Shown here in pieces: positions 8,365-17,509 of a DNA stretch of 45,119 nucleotides (the first letter of the stretch is position 1; the number at the start of each line of letters is the position of its first letter). Source of the stretch: a virus. Its lineage: Duplodnaviria; Caudoviricetes. The notes under the pieces are model-generated. The model saw only the letters and a program-made list of their open reading frames with translations. It was not told the DNA's origin and did no database searches. The DNA is taken from positions 1 to 45,119 of IMG/VR virus record IMGVR_UViG_3300037420_001133; one strand, written 5' to 3'. The translations under genes were made by a program, and so were the position numbers.

Positions 8365-8777
8365 CACGAGGCTCTACTCTCGCTGTCGTCGGCCGTGCGG
8401 CCAAGCGAAGCGGTGGCGGAGGTCCTCGCCCGCGTGCGCCGAGGCGCTGCCCCGATTTGGGCGCGGATTCGCTGGACGACCGCGGAGCTGACCCCCAGTT
8501 CGTCGCCGATCTGCCGGTCGTTCAGCCCGGTACCGGCGAGCGCTGCTACCTTCCAGCCGTGGAGGTCGAACGCGGTCGGTCTGCGGCCGTCGATGACCTC
8601 GGCGGCGGCTTCGCAGTGCACTTGGTCTCCGTCGATCCACGCCTTCACGTCGCCGATGATTCGGATCCCACGCGCCTCTGCCTCGGCCGGGAACAGCAGC
8701 ACCGCTTGGTTGATGACCTGAGAGACACGCAGGGAGTCGTTCTCGATCGGGAAGACCATCCGGTACGTGTAGGTCAT
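8364..8777 (-). CDS. HTH DNA-binding protein
   Basis: GLNDRQIGDELGVSSAVVQRIR; TGATG coupling to ruvC. Confidence 0.7.
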   Translation of the reverse strand: MTYTYRMVFPIENDSLRVSQVINQAVLLFPAEAEARGIRIIGDVKAWIDGDQVHCEAAAEVIDGRRPTAFDLHGWKVAALAGTGLNDRQIGDELGVSSAVVQRIRAQIGAAPRRTRARTSATASLGRTADDSESRAS

Positions 8778-9289
8778 CACGCCACCGCCAGCTCGGCCAG
8801 GCCGGTGTCGGCGGCATACACCGCTAGTGCGTACGCAGCCCACACATCAGCGCTGAATCCGTGGAACCAGCCGGGCTCCTTCGCGGTGCCCTTGCCGTAG
8901 TTGGACACCCCGGGCGCGAACCGGTCGACGAGGGCCTGCCGGATGTTGCTGTCCTTGGCTTTGGAGTCGTGGCAGTGGTGGAGCTTGACGGGTAGCCGCT
9001 TCACGAGGTGGATGTTCTCCAGGCCGATCTGCGGGGCGAGCAGCTGCACGAACCGGCCGATCCACACGCAGGTGTCGAACACCTCGGCACCGACTGCCAT
9101 GCCGTAGGAGGCGACCATCTCGATCGCCACCTTCTCCGGACGCGCAATCTCCTGCCAGCCCAGGTCGAGGTGCGCGAGCATACGCTCGTTGCTGAACTTG
9201 CCGAACCGGCCCGGCCGCAGGGTGTCGTCGTCGATGTGGACGAAGGCGGACTCAGCGCAGCCGGGGTCGATCGCGAGATACCGGGTCAT
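8777..9289 (-). CDS. RuvC-like Holliday junction resolvase
   Basis: LAIDPG, VAIEMV..YGM.VG, K...C...AKD, D.WAAYA motifs. Confidence 0.8.
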   Translation of the reverse strand: MTRYLAIDPGCAESAFVHIDDDTLRPGRFGKFSNERMLAHLDLGWQEIARPEKVAIEMVASYGMAVGAEVFDTCVWIGRFVQLLAPQIGLENIHLVKRLPVKLHHCHDSKAKDSNIRQALVDRFAPGVSNYGKGTAKEPGWFHGFSADVWAAYALAVYAADTGLAELAVA

Positions 9290-10233
9290 GACGCGGGCTC
9301 CGCCGTCGGCGGCCAGTCGTCATCCAGGGCCGGCTCCTCCGCCGGCTGGTCGGCCTTGAGCGTGTCGATGACCGCGCTGGCTTCCCGCTTGGTCAGCGTC
9401 TTGGTGGAGTCCACCTCGCGGCCGAGGATCGCCGCGATCGCGGCCAAGCCGCGGTCCCGGTCGGCCAGGCCGGCGTTGCGGAGGTTGGCGTGGAGGGCCT
9501 TCTGCTGGTCCGGGGTGATGAGGTCGACGGTCTCCACTTCGGCGGGCTCGTCCAACTCGGGTTCCGGTGCCGTCTCCACGGTCCGCGGTGCACGTTGCGC
9601 CGTGCGCCGTGCCGGCTTGACCTCCGGCGCGGTGTCGACGGTGAGCGTCACACTGGTCGCCGTGTCCCCGTCGATCAGTTCCTCGCTCGCGTACGGGATG
9701 CCGAGGATGGCGTCGGAGGCGATGAGCCGGGCGCATTCGGCGGTAGCGCGGGCGACGAGCATGGCCTGCGGCTGGTTCTTCCAGTTGGACTTATTCGTGA
9801 GGCCGAGCTTGGTGGCCCGCTCTATGGTCCAGGTGGACTGCTGCCAGTTCTGCTCGCCGCGTCTGCGGCCCTTCACGATGGCCCGGGTAGCGGTGGACTC
9901 CGTCAGCACGAGCTCGTGGCCGCGGGACTGCACGACGGCTCGCAGGGTGTTCGCGCGGGGTGCTGCGGTGCCTTGGATGATGTCGAAGGAACGGAGGGCG
10001 GCCATCGGGTCGAGGCCGATCTCGGCGCCGGCCAGGATGGCGGCGGTGGCCTCGTGCGGCTTGTTCCTGAACGCCTCCGGGACGAAGCTGGTCTGCACCA
10101 GCGAGGTGGCCATGGTGTGCGCGGCCTGCGCGGCCTCCGCCCACCGGGCGAGCCGGTCGAACGTGGCACTGCCGCCCATGGCCGGCTCGGCCACCATGAG
10201 GCCGCCGGCCTGCCGTACTGCTATCTCGTTCAC
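9286..10233 (-). CDS. RecT-like ssDNA-annealing protein
   Basis: AAILAGAEIGLDPM..L..F.IIQG, WT.ERA..GL....NW..QP.AML.ARA; follows the exonuclease. Confidence 0.8.
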   Translation of the reverse strand: MNEIAVRQAGGLMVAEPAMGGSATFDRLARWAEAAQAAHTMATSLVQTSFVPEAFRNKPHEATAAILAGAEIGLDPMAALRSFDIIQGTAAPRANTLRAVVQSRGHELVLTESTATRAIVKGRRRGEQNWQQSTWTIERATKLGLTNKSNWKNQPQAMLVARATAECARLIASDAILGIPYASEELIDGDTATSVTLTVDTAPEVKPARRTAQRAPRTVETAPEPELDEPAEVETVDLITPDQQKALHANLRNAGLADRDRGLAAIAAILGREVDSTKTLTKREASAVIDTLKADQPAEEPALDDDWPPTAEPAS

Positions 10234-11018
10234 GCGGTCACTTCCTGTCGTTGCAGTGCCTCGCCGAGCCAGCTGCGCAGGACACCGTTCTTGTCGTCGG
10301 CGCGACGGGCCACGTAGGCGATGTGGTTGAACAGCTTGAGGACGTCGTCGCCGACCTCGACCGGGTAGACGTCGTACCCGTCGGGGCGTAGCCACACGGC
10401 GTAGCCGGCGTCGATGACGGGCATCCCGATCTCTCGGCCGTCCTGCTCGTACACCTCGGCGTGGGCGTAGGCGGCGAGCTGGAGGCACACCTCGGGGAAG
10501 ATGCCGGACGCGCCGGTCTTCCAGTCGATGACCGCGGTCCCGGCCGGACGCACCCCGCCGGGCGGTTGGACCTCGGCGACGAGGTCGACGGTGCCGGCGT
10601 ACTTCCAGCGGCGGTTGGCGACCGGCCGCTCGACGAGGATCTCGGACACCTTCCATTCGTCGAGGAACGCGACACAGGACTCGACATAGCCGGCGATCTC
10701 CTCGGGCACGTCGACCTTGTCACCGCGGGTCAGCTTCTCGGCCAGGTCGTGAATCTCGGTGCCCTTAGCGGCGGCCTTGTCCCGGGCGGTCCAGGGCACC
10801 TCTTTGAGGGCGGCGACGATGGACGCGCGGCCCATGCCGGCCATGTTGCCGACCTGTTCGAGGTTGTCGGCGACGTACTCTGCGACGCTCTTGGCAGACC
10901 AGTAGACGAGTGCCGGCTTCGGTAGCCCCTTGGACAGCAGGGTGGTGACGCCGTCGTACTTCTCGCCATCCACGAAGTAGCTGTGGCCCTTGCCGTAGTT
11001 GCGTCGGGTGATGGTCAC
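10230..11018 (-). CDS. PD-(D/E)XK exonuclease (RecE/Cas4-like)
   Basis: GVTTLL, GTEIH, YAGTVD, DWKTG, QLAAY. Confidence 0.88.
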   Translation of the reverse strand: MTITRRNYGKGHSYFVDGEKYDGVTTLLSKGLPKPALVYWSAKSVAEYVADNLEQVGNMAGMGRASIVAALKEVPWTARDKAAAKGTEIHDLAEKLTRGDKVDVPEEIAGYVESCVAFLDEWKVSEILVERPVANRRWKYAGTVDLVAEVQPPGGVRPAGTAVIDWKTGASGIFPEVCLQLAAYAHAEVYEQDGREIGMPVIDAGYAVWLRPDGYDVYPVEVGDDVLKLFNHIAYVARRADDKNGVLRSWLGEALQRQEVTA

Positions 11019-11230
11019 AGGTCCGCGCTCCGCTTCTCTGCCGCGATCTCGTCAAAGGTGGGTTCGTCGTCGACAACGACCGGCTTCCGCAGCCCGCGGA
11101 ACGGCCGGACGGTTTGGGCGCCGTCGGCGCGTTCGATGAGGACGTTGCGTGGTCCGCCGCCGCGTCCCCATTGGATGACGACGGTGACGGGTTCGCCCCG
11201 TTCGAGGTAGGTGCGGCCCTCGATGCTCAT
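11015..11230 (-). CDS. Hypothetical protein
   Basis: YLERG.PV....GPRNVLIERADG..VRPFRGLR; coupled. Confidence 0.75.
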   Translation of the reverse strand: MSIEGRTYLERGEPVTVVIQWGRGGGPRNVLIERADGAQTVRPFRGLRKPVVVDDEPTFDEIAAEKRSADL

Positions 11231-11679
11231 CCGGCCACCACCGCGAACTCGCCGGTCTCATCCACCAGCGCGTGGACCAACTCGAAGGACGGCAGCGGCA
11301 GAACCGCGGTCTCCTCCCACCAACCCGGCTGCCACTCGGCCAGCAGGCGTTCGATGCGGCCGTCGAAGTGGTCGATGTCCTCGGCCACCATCAGCCGCAG
11401 GTCCAGGGCGTCGACGGCCCACTGGCGCTGCTCCACGTCGAGGATGTTCAGCTCCAGTTCTTCGGCGATGGAGGCGAGTTCCCGCTCGCTGTGGCGCAGC
11501 TGCTCCAGGTCGTCGCCGTACTCGCTGTCGGCTCCGCTCGCTTCCCGCTCGTCGGGTTCATCCGGCTGAGTCGGTGCGGGTCGGGTCATCAGGTACGGGG
11601 CGATGCGGTCCCACCAGACGCGGCCGGCAACCCCGAGGGCGATCGCGGGGACGATGAGGAACCAGAGCCAGCTAGACAT
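11227..11679 (-). CDS. Membrane-anchored acidic protein
   Basis: N-terminal hydrophobic helix followed by an acidic region. Confidence 0.65.
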   Translation of the reverse strand: MSSWLWFLIVPAIALGVAGRVWWDRIAPYLMTRPAPTQPDEPDEREASGADSEYGDDLEQLRHSERELASIAEELELNILDVEQRQWAVDALDLRLMVAEDIDHFDGRIERLLAEWQPGWWEETAVLPLPSFELVHALVDETGEFAVVAG

Positions 11680-11917
11680 CGCGCGCCTCCGTCGTGCAAG
11701 TGGTGCACAGGTTGTCCGGCTGCCAGGCGTTCGCCTCGGCCTTCAGCTCGGCGTAGATCTCATGCCGGGTCTTTATCTCGCCGTCGGCGTTCTTGTTCCA
11801 CGGGTTGACGGTCTGCGTGAACGTGCGCGACCGGGTGAACCGACGGCCACAGTTGCGGCACTTCAGGGTCCGTCGACCCGACGGCCACCGAATCTCATCG
11901 AAGACGTAGGTGGTCAT
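11672..11917 (-). CDS. Zn-binding hypothetical protein
   Basis: CRNC...TFTQTVNPWNKNADG...CTTC. Confidence 0.75.
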   Translation of the reverse strand: MTTYVFDEIRWPSGRRTLKCRNCGRRFTRSRTFTQTVNPWNKNADGEIKTRHEIYAELKAEANAWQPDNLCTTCTTEARDV

Positions 11918-12171
11918 CGGACCTGCTCCTTCATCCAGTTCTCAACCTGGTCAGCGAACGTCCGCTCAGCCGGGGTGGACGGGTAGTCCCGCACCACCCG
12001 GACCGGGCGGTGCGTTGGAATCGTCAACGCGCAGGCTTCATCCATCCCGTCGGGGTGTTCGGCTACCCCACCTCTGCCGGTGAGGTCCGACAGCACCCAG
12101 TCAGCAGCCTTGTCAGCGGCCTTGATGGCCGTACCAAGGATCCAGCCGAGGACGATGCCGAGCCGGGTCAT
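11914..12171 (-). CDS. Hypothetical protein (85 aa)
   Basis: ATGA coupling at both ends. Confidence 0.55.
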   Translation of the reverse strand: MTRLGIVLGWILGTAIKAADKAADWVLSDLTGRGGVAEHPDGMDEACALTIPTHRPVRVVRDYPSTPAERTFADQVENWMKEQVR

Positions 12172-12620
12172 GAGGTCACCGCCCACAGAAGCCGCTGCAC
12201 GTTCTCGGTTCCGCGCAGCTCGCGCGGACGGGATGGCCTGTCCCAGCCAGGGGTGGCGGGTCGGCTGGCGACCACGCGCCAGCCGGCGCCGCGCAAGCCG
12301 TCCCCGGACTCTCCGTCCTGGGTGTAGGTGATGAGCCGGTCGTAGCCCAGGGCGAAGGTGACACGACGTGCTGCGGCGTACAGGAAGCTGCATGCGTTGC
12401 GCGCGTCGTCAGCGACGCAGCAGCGCGTGACTTCGAGCGTTCTGCCGTCGTCGTAGTGCCGGGCGACAGGCCGGCCCACGACGGCAACGCCGACCAACTC
12501 ATCGTCGCGAGCCGCGCCGATGCTGAATTTGTGGCCCCGGGGCGGCTTGTGATGCCGATGCCATTCGGCGATGAATTGGCAGGCTTGCTTGAAGCTCACG
12601 GCGACTACGCGCAGGGCCAT
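12168..12620 (-). CDS. XF1762-family (Mom-related GNAT-fold) protein
   Basis: HRHH.PP.GHKFSIG, GVAVVGRPVAR..DDG.TLEVTR, NACSFLY, ITYT...ESG..L..AGW. Confidence 0.85.
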   Translation of the reverse strand: MALRVVAVSFKQACQFIAEWHRHHKPPRGHKFSIGAARDDELVGVAVVGRPVARHYDDGRTLEVTRCCVADDARNACSFLYAAARRVTFALGYDRLITYTQDGESGDGLRGAGWRVVASRPATPGWDRPSRPRELRGTENVQRLLWAVTS

Positions 12621-12868
12621 CACGACGCATCCCCCTCGAACGCGCCGAACTCAGTGAGGATCACGTCAACCTGAACCGGGTCCAGCCCAACCGCCGAGGC
12701 TTCGATTCCGCCGATGCACACGGACAGAAGCTCATCGGAGGTCAGTTCCTGCCGGTCCCCGGCGACGGTGCGGCGCCAGACGTGCTGCTGGGTGCCGTTG
12801 CTGCCGAAGACGGTGTGTTCCCAGCCGGCGTGGTGGAGGCGGCGCAGCAGCGGGTACCAGGAGGTCAT
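12620..12868 (-). CDS. Hypothetical protein (82 aa)
   Basis: ATG 12868 with GGAGG SD, coupled. Confidence 0.6.
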   Translation of the reverse strand: MTSWYPLLRRLHHAGWEHTVFGSNGTQQHVWRRTVAGDRQELTSDELLSVCIGGIEASAVGLDPVQVDVILTEFGAFEGDAS

Positions 12869-13122
12869 GACGCCTCCGTAACTTCGCCCTTGCGGCCGCA
12901 TGCCATGCAGGAGAAGCCGGCCGGCGGCGTGTCCTGGCACCGGTTGCAGGATGGGCCGACGCTCGTCGCGAGGTAGTCCGCCGAGGTCTCAAGGACAGCA
13001 GCGAAGGCGTACAACTCGTCCACGGTCACGTCAGCGCGGCGTCCAGCCTCCAGATTCGCGAGGACCGCGCGAGGGATCGGAGTCCCCATCGCGGCGATGG
13101 GCTGGATTCGTTGCGGGCTCAT
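12865..13122 (-). CDS. XRE-type HTH (N-terminally short) with C-terminal Zn finger
   Basis: RAVLANLEAGRR..VTVDEL..FAAVL; CNRC...FSCMAC. Confidence 0.65.
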   Translation of the reverse strand: MSPQRIQPIAAMGTPIPRAVLANLEAGRRADVTVDELYAFAAVLETSADYLATSVGPSCNRCQDTPPAGFSCMACGRKGEVTEAS

Positions 13123-13313
13123 TGCCACTTCACCGCCAGGGACTCACGCCACGTCTTCTCGGAGACGACGCGGACCCGGGCCGGCTTCGGGTCAGCCGTC
13201 GCCAACACCGCCCCGAAGATGGCCATGGCGATGTCCCGGTCCCACAGGTTCCCCGCCTTCTCGGTGCCGTCCTTGTTGGTGGTGACCACCCGGTACGTGT
13301 CGTAGATGCTCAC
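13119..13313 (-). CDS. Hypothetical protein
   Basis: Coupled overlaps. Confidence 0.6.
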   Translation of the reverse strand: MSIYDTYRVVTTNKDGTEKAGNLWDRDIAMAIFGAVLATADPKPARVRVVSEKTWRESLAVKWQ

Positions 13314-13543
13314 GAGGCACCGTCCGGCGACGGCTCGACGATCACGGTGTGGCGGACGCGAATCCCTGAGAACGCCCGGGTGTCACTGTTGTGCTCGTCC
13401 ACCAACTGGGCATCGTCCGGGATTCCGGCCTCGTCGAGCGCTCGAACGAAGTCGCGGAGTGCCCAGACCGTCATGGTGCCGTTGGTCCGTTGACTCGATA
13501 CGGTGACCGAGTAGGCGGTGTCGGACTTGCGGACCTTAGCCAT
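13310..13543 (-). CDS. Hypothetical protein (77 aa)
   Basis: TAATG coupling; LRDFVRALDEAGIPDDA. Confidence 0.65.
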   Translation of the reverse strand: MAKVRKSDTAYSVTVSSQRTNGTMTVWALRDFVRALDEAGIPDDAQLVDEHNSDTRAFSGIRVRHTVIVEPSPDGAS

Positions 13544-13833
13544 TACCACCGACCCCCCAACCGCTCCCCATCGCACAGCCCCCCGGTGATCGGGAACCGC
13601 GTGTCGTGCGACCCCCGCAGGTCCGCTTCGGTGTCAGGGAACACCTGAACGCCCCACAGCCAGACCACGTACGGGTAGCCGGGGATCGACGAGTGCTTCG
13701 GCTGGTGGTCGGTGTCGACGTCCTGCCCCTCCAACGGGCCGTCGGCCCAGACGAGGGCCCGGCAGCCGGGGTGGAGGCGGTCGTCGCAGACCCGGATGGG
13801 GCGTTGGCCGGTGAAGGCGTGGCGGGCGGTCAT
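13543..13833 (-). CDS. Hypothetical protein (96 aa)
   Basis: ATGA coupling. Confidence 0.6.
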   Translation of the reverse strand: MTARHAFTGQRPIRVCDDRLHPGCRALVWADGPLEGQDVDTDHQPKHSSIPGYPYVVWLWGVQVFPDTEADLRGSHDTRFPITGGLCDGERLGGRW

Positions 13834-14390
13834 GACTCGTCGCCGCCCTCGATCGCCAGGAACTCCTCGTCCGTCGGCAGCGCGGATAGCGGCCACGAGC
13901 CGACCAGTGCGCAGGGGTAGTAGCCGTCCCGCCCCTGCTGCTCGGCGAACCGCCCCTTGGTGTGCGGGGTCTTCTGGAAACCCTCGTACGCCTCGAAGGT
14001 CTCGGCGTCGAAGTCGACGATGTAGCCCCACTCCGCGAACAGGGAGTCCGCCGGGAAGGTGCTGCCGTCGAGGACCGCGCCAGCATCGAGCATGGCGGCC
14101 GGCTTACCCTGCGTCCCCCGCAGCAACTGGTACCAGTCGGGACGCTCCTTCTGGCCGCCCACGCTGGTGTTCAGGTAGCCGCCGAGCTTCTCGATGTCCT
14201 CGTCGGTCGGCGGGGTGCTGTCGTCGACAACCCGGAGCGCAGCGGCCAGCCGGCGGGCTCCGCCGAGGTGCGCCTTGCGCAGCCAGCCCAGCACCTCGAT
14301 GCCGAGTCCGCTCGGGTAGGAGTCGAAGTGGTTGTACGCGATCTTCTCGGTGCCGTCGATGACGAACCCGACGAATCCTCTGGTCCCCAT
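13830..14390 (-). CDS. Conserved phage protein (MGTRG...YNHFDSYP family)
   Basis: AAGGAG SD; MGTRG, YNH.DSYP.GLG, DSLFAEW.Y..DFD motifs. Confidence 0.8.
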   Translation of the reverse strand: MGTRGFVGFVIDGTEKIAYNHFDSYPSGLGIEVLGWLRKAHLGGARRLAAALRVVDDSTPPTDEDIEKLGGYLNTSVGGQKERPDWYQLLRGTQGKPAAMLDAGAVLDGSTFPADSLFAEWGYIVDFDAETFEAYEGFQKTPHTKGRFAEQQGRDGYYPCALVGSWPLSALPTDEEFLAIEGGDES

Positions 14391-14552
14391 GCGATACTCC
14401 TTCTTGTCGGAGCGCCCGTGGTCCTGTCAGATCAAGTCGGGCGCTCTTGGCTTTCCTGGGCTTGGTGGCCGGGCCGCTCCGGGTGGGGTTGGAACGGCCC
14501 GGCCGGTGTCACCCGGTACCGACGGCGGAAACCGCGTGTCGACCCGGGGAGC

Positions 14553-15371
14553 TCACTCGGCTTCCTCACGCCACCAGGACGAGAGCTTCTTCGGTCCACC
14601 GCGGCCGCGGTTGTAGATGTCGACGGCGGCAGCGGCGATGCAGTGCGCGCGGGGATTACCGGTCTTCTGTCGCAGCGTCATGGCGGAGTTGAGGAGCCCG
14701 TTGACGCCGCCATGAGCGTTGCCGAGTTTCTCAATCGCCCACTTCTCGTCGAGCGTCCCGTTGTACCTGGAGCACCACAGGCCGATGCCCTCGATGACGG
14801 CCGACTCAAGGCCGGCATCGCCGTAGGCGTCGCGGATCAATCGCAGCGTCCGGGCCAAGGTGCCGGGCCCGAGTGTGTAGACCTTCCGCAGGGCGCCGAC
14901 CGCGCGGATTGCTCCACCGCCGTGCTCTCGCGACACCCGCAGGTTCACGGCACGCACGATGCGGTCGATGTCGGTCTCTTCAAGCCGGCCCGCCCGCACA
15001 CCGACGCGGAACTTCTCGAAGGTGGCAACGGTGAGAACGTCGTTCAGCTTGAGGAAGACCTCGGCCTCTTCCTCCTCGGTGAGGCCCTCGTACGCCCAGC
15101 ACTGCATCGCCTGGTCTTCCCAGTTGCCGTCGCCGCACCATTTCTTGTAAGCCTCAACGCGGTGCTGGCCGTCCACGATGTAGAACAGGTCGCTGCGCAT
15201 GTTCACGGTCGGGTTGCCGAGCTGCTCCAGTTCCATCTCTGCAGCAATCTTGTCGACGCGGGCCGCGTTCAGATCCCGCTGCGCGACAGGGTTCACGCGC
15301 ATGTCCTTCAGCGGAACCCAGCGCAGCCGCGCTTCCCGTTCCACCTTCTTGCCGGTAGGCTTGACCGTCAC
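14553..15371 (-). CDS. ParB/Srx-fold DGQHR protein (DUF6551-like)
   Basis: V...QR, YIVDGQHR, EEA.VF..LN motifs. Confidence 0.8.
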   Translation of the reverse strand: MTVKPTGKKVEREARLRWVPLKDMRVNPVAQRDLNAARVDKIAAEMELEQLGNPTVNMRSDLFYIVDGQHRVEAYKKWCGDGNWEDQAMQCWAYEGLTEEEEAEVFLKLNDVLTVATFEKFRVGVRAGRLEETDIDRIVRAVNLRVSREHGGGAIRAVGALRKVYTLGPGTLARTLRLIRDAYGDAGLESAVIEGIGLWCSRYNGTLDEKWAIEKLGNAHGGVNGLLNSAMTLRQKTGNPRAHCIAAAAVDIYNRGRGGPKKLSSWWREEAE

Positions 15372-16471
15372 TGGGCCATCTCCTTCAGTCGTCTGTTAAG
15401 CCGGTTGAGCACCCGGATTGCTTCGCTGAGGGAGTCGGTCCAGTTCTGAATTTCGGCCCGGTCGAGGTCGTCATAGTTGATGAGCCGGACGGCCATCTCC
15501 AGGCCGTCGAACATGGCGACCGTCTCCCGCACGATGCGGTTCGAATCGATCTTCTTGCGGGTCCCGCGCCCCATTGCCTCGTCGGCGGGGAGCCTGATGC
15601 CGTTCTCCCTGGCTATCTCGCGGACCCGAATGTCCCGAACGCCAATGCGGTCGGCGATCTGGTAGGAACTCATGCCCTCGTCCGCGAGTTCCCGGATCAA
15701 CGCCGAGCGTCGCTCTGTGGCCACCTGTCGGTTGTCGTGCGGCGCAGGAACCCAGTTCGGATCTTGTACGGCCGGCTTGGGTTCGGGCTCGGGATCGGCT
15801 AGCGCGTTCGCCTTCACCTCCTGCGCGTCGCGCTTGGCGCGCAGGGCCTGACGCAGCTTCCGCGTGGGCTTGATGATGCCGGCGCCAGCGTCCATCGCGG
15901 CGAGCGTCGATTGCGCGAGTACTCGCTCCTCAGCCGGGGCTTCCTCGTCATTCGCAAGGTCAGAGACGAAACGCAGGTCTTCATAGGTGCGGCCATGCAT
16001 GCCGAGGGCTTCGCCGACTAGGTCACGAACCTTGCCCGAGGCCGGCTCATCAGACCCTGTGGGTACGTACCCACAGGGTCTGCCTGCGAGCATTCGCGCC
16101 GCTGCGGCCGGGCGTTCGATCTCCTCCAATGCCTTGCCGAGTGACGCCTTTTCCGAGGGCAGCATCTCCTTGCGCTCGGTGTTCTCGTCGCGCTCCGCGC
16201 GCAGTAGGCGCGCGGCGTCGTCGAGCCTGTCGACGAAGCGGACCGGAATCTCGGCCCAGCCCAACCGCCGGCATGCCTCAAGCCGTCGCTGGCCCGCGAC
16301 GAGCCGCCCATCACGGGTCAGCGTGACCGGGTTCAGTAGGTCGACGTCGGCGATCGAGTCCATGAGTCCGGCCAGGTCGCCGAGATCCTTGCGGTGCCGG
16401 CCCACGACCTGGATCCACTCGATGCTCACGAAGGCGTCGATTGCGGTGGGCGTGATGGTCGGGGCGGTCAC
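15368..16471 (-). CDS. ParB N-terminal domain protein with C-terminal HTH
   Basis: RHRKDLGDL..L..SI...LLNPV, LVAGQRRLEA, EN.ERK; GMSSYQIADRIGV; GTG 16471 with GGAGG SD. Confidence 0.85.
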   Translation of the reverse strand: MTAPTITPTAIDAFVSIEWIQVVGRHRKDLGDLAGLMDSIADVDLLNPVTLTRDGRLVAGQRRLEACRRLGWAEIPVRFVDRLDDAARLLRAERDENTERKEMLPSEKASLGKALEEIERPAAAARMLAGRPCGYVPTGSDEPASGKVRDLVGEALGMHGRTYEDLRFVSDLANDEEAPAEERVLAQSTLAAMDAGAGIIKPTRKLRQALRAKRDAQEVKANALADPEPEPKPAVQDPNWVPAPHDNRQVATERRSALIRELADEGMSSYQIADRIGVRDIRVREIARENGIRLPADEAMGRGTRKKIDSNRIVRETVAMFDGLEMAVRLINYDDLDRAEIQNWTDSLSEAIRVLNRLNRRLKEMAQ

Positions 16472-16587
16472 CGCGCACCTCCGACGTTGGGCCCGACCGG
16501 TCGCTCGATCCGCGTCCCCAACGGATCGACACGGGGGGTGTGCCACACGGCGGTGCCAGCCGTGGAGCGGACCGGTCGGGAGATCAT
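16468..16587 (-). CDS. Small hypothetical protein (39 aa)
   Basis: ATGA and GTGA overlaps with both neighbours. Confidence 0.35.
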   Translation of the reverse strand: MISRPVRSTAGTAVWHTPRVDPLGTRIERPVGPNVGGAR

Positions 16588-16823
16588 GAGAACGCCGCCT
16601 CACGCCACTGCCTCGTCGGCAACGCGGCCAGCAGGATCACCGGGGCGAAGTAGCGCACGGTGAGGAGCAAGATGCCGACGACGATCAGGGCGACGGCTAG
16701 GCGGATGTCCTGGCGGGCCGAGCCGGCCCGGTTGGCCGAGGTGGCGGCTGCGGCCGGGGCGTCGCTGGCCGAGGGGTGGACGGCGGCGGATTGCCGGGCG
16801 GCCGCGTCCCGGCGGTCACGCAT
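16584..16823 (-). CDS. Small membrane protein
   Basis: ATG 16823 with GGAG SD; C-terminal hydrophobic stretch. Confidence 0.55.
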   Translation of the reverse strand: MRDRRDAAARQSAAVHPSASDAPAAAATSANRAGSARQDIRLAVALIVVGILLLTVRYFAPVILLAALPTRQWREAAFS

Positions 16824-16998
16824 TGCTCCGCCTCTTGAGCAGGTCCTCGACGGATCGTGCGTAGACGCGTGTCCGCGACCGTTTGCCCGCGCCAACGTCG
16901 GTCGTCTTCAGCTCCCCCTTGTGGATGAGCGGGTATACCGCTGGTCGGCTGATGCGAAGAGCCGCCGCTACCTCGGGGATCGTCATGACCGCGTCCAT
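16816..16998 (-). CDS. xis: Excisionase / recombination directionality factor (HTH_17)
   Basis: MTIPEVAAALRISRPAVY.LI..GEL; directly after the cro-like gene. Confidence 0.8.
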   Translation of the reverse strand: MDAVMTIPEVAAALRISRPAVYPLIHKGELKTTDVGAGKRSRTRVYARSVEDLLKRRSNA

Positions 16999-17294
16999 CA
17001 CGCCGCTACCTCGGTGACCTCGAAGAGGTCGTCGAACTCGAACGGAGTCCCGCTGCGGGCAAGCGACGCCTCGTTGGCGCGCAGGACGGTGAGGATCTTC
17101 GCCACGGTCTTGTCGCCGACTGGTCCCCCGTTGCGCAGGTTGTGGATCGTCTTGTTGTCCAGGTTGAACAGGTCCGCGCGAGCCACATCGGTCTCGCAGC
17201 CGAGCACCTGCGACGCGGCGAGGAACCTGTCCCATCGGAGTGAGATCCGGGGTTGCGTTCCCGACTGAAGCGGGGAGTGGATTCCGTGGAGCAC
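16998..17294 (-). CDS. Cro-like HTH regulator
   Basis: Divergent from the repressor; ARADLFNLDNKTIHNLRNG...FDDLFEV; probable leaderless GTG 17294. Confidence 0.7.
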   Translation of the reverse strand: MLHGIHSPLQSGTQPRISLRWDRFLAASQVLGCETDVARADLFNLDNKTIHNLRNGGPVGDKTVAKILTVLRANEASLARSGTPFEFDDLFEVTEVAA

Positions 17295-17503
17295 GTTCCC
17301 GAGTCTAGACCGGAACACATTCCCGTGTATCGGCCGAACGGATGACGTTCCCGGGAACGCGTTCCCGCTACCCTTGAGGCATGTCAATGGCTGTCGCCCG
17401 CGCCGGACGGCGGGCACGAGTACACGGTGACCCGCGATCGCGCGTACTCGTCACGATCCGGGAGCATCGGCCCTCCCGATCGGGAACGCGATCCCTATAT
17501 GAT
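17249..17503. promoter_or_regulatory. Immunity switch: GGGAAC-N2-GTTCCC operators and divergent -10 elements
   Basis: Perfect CGGGAACGCGTTCCCG 17352-17367; variants at 17249, 17287, 17311, 17339 and 17481; TATGAT 17498-17503 (+); TAGACT 17307-17302 (-). Confidence 0.75.
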
Positions 17504-17509
17504 CAGGCC

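Noticed and set aside
10230-11018. Cas4 / CRISPR system
   Set aside because: Paired with a RecT-like gene as a recombination exonuclease; no repeat-spacer array or other cas genes seen.
13962-15449. Long antisense ORFs (also 9008-10330, 18040-19044, 28356-29489, 32574-33716, 35928-37343)
   Set aside because: Shadow frames of well-supported genes, expected at high GC; no motifs or SD.
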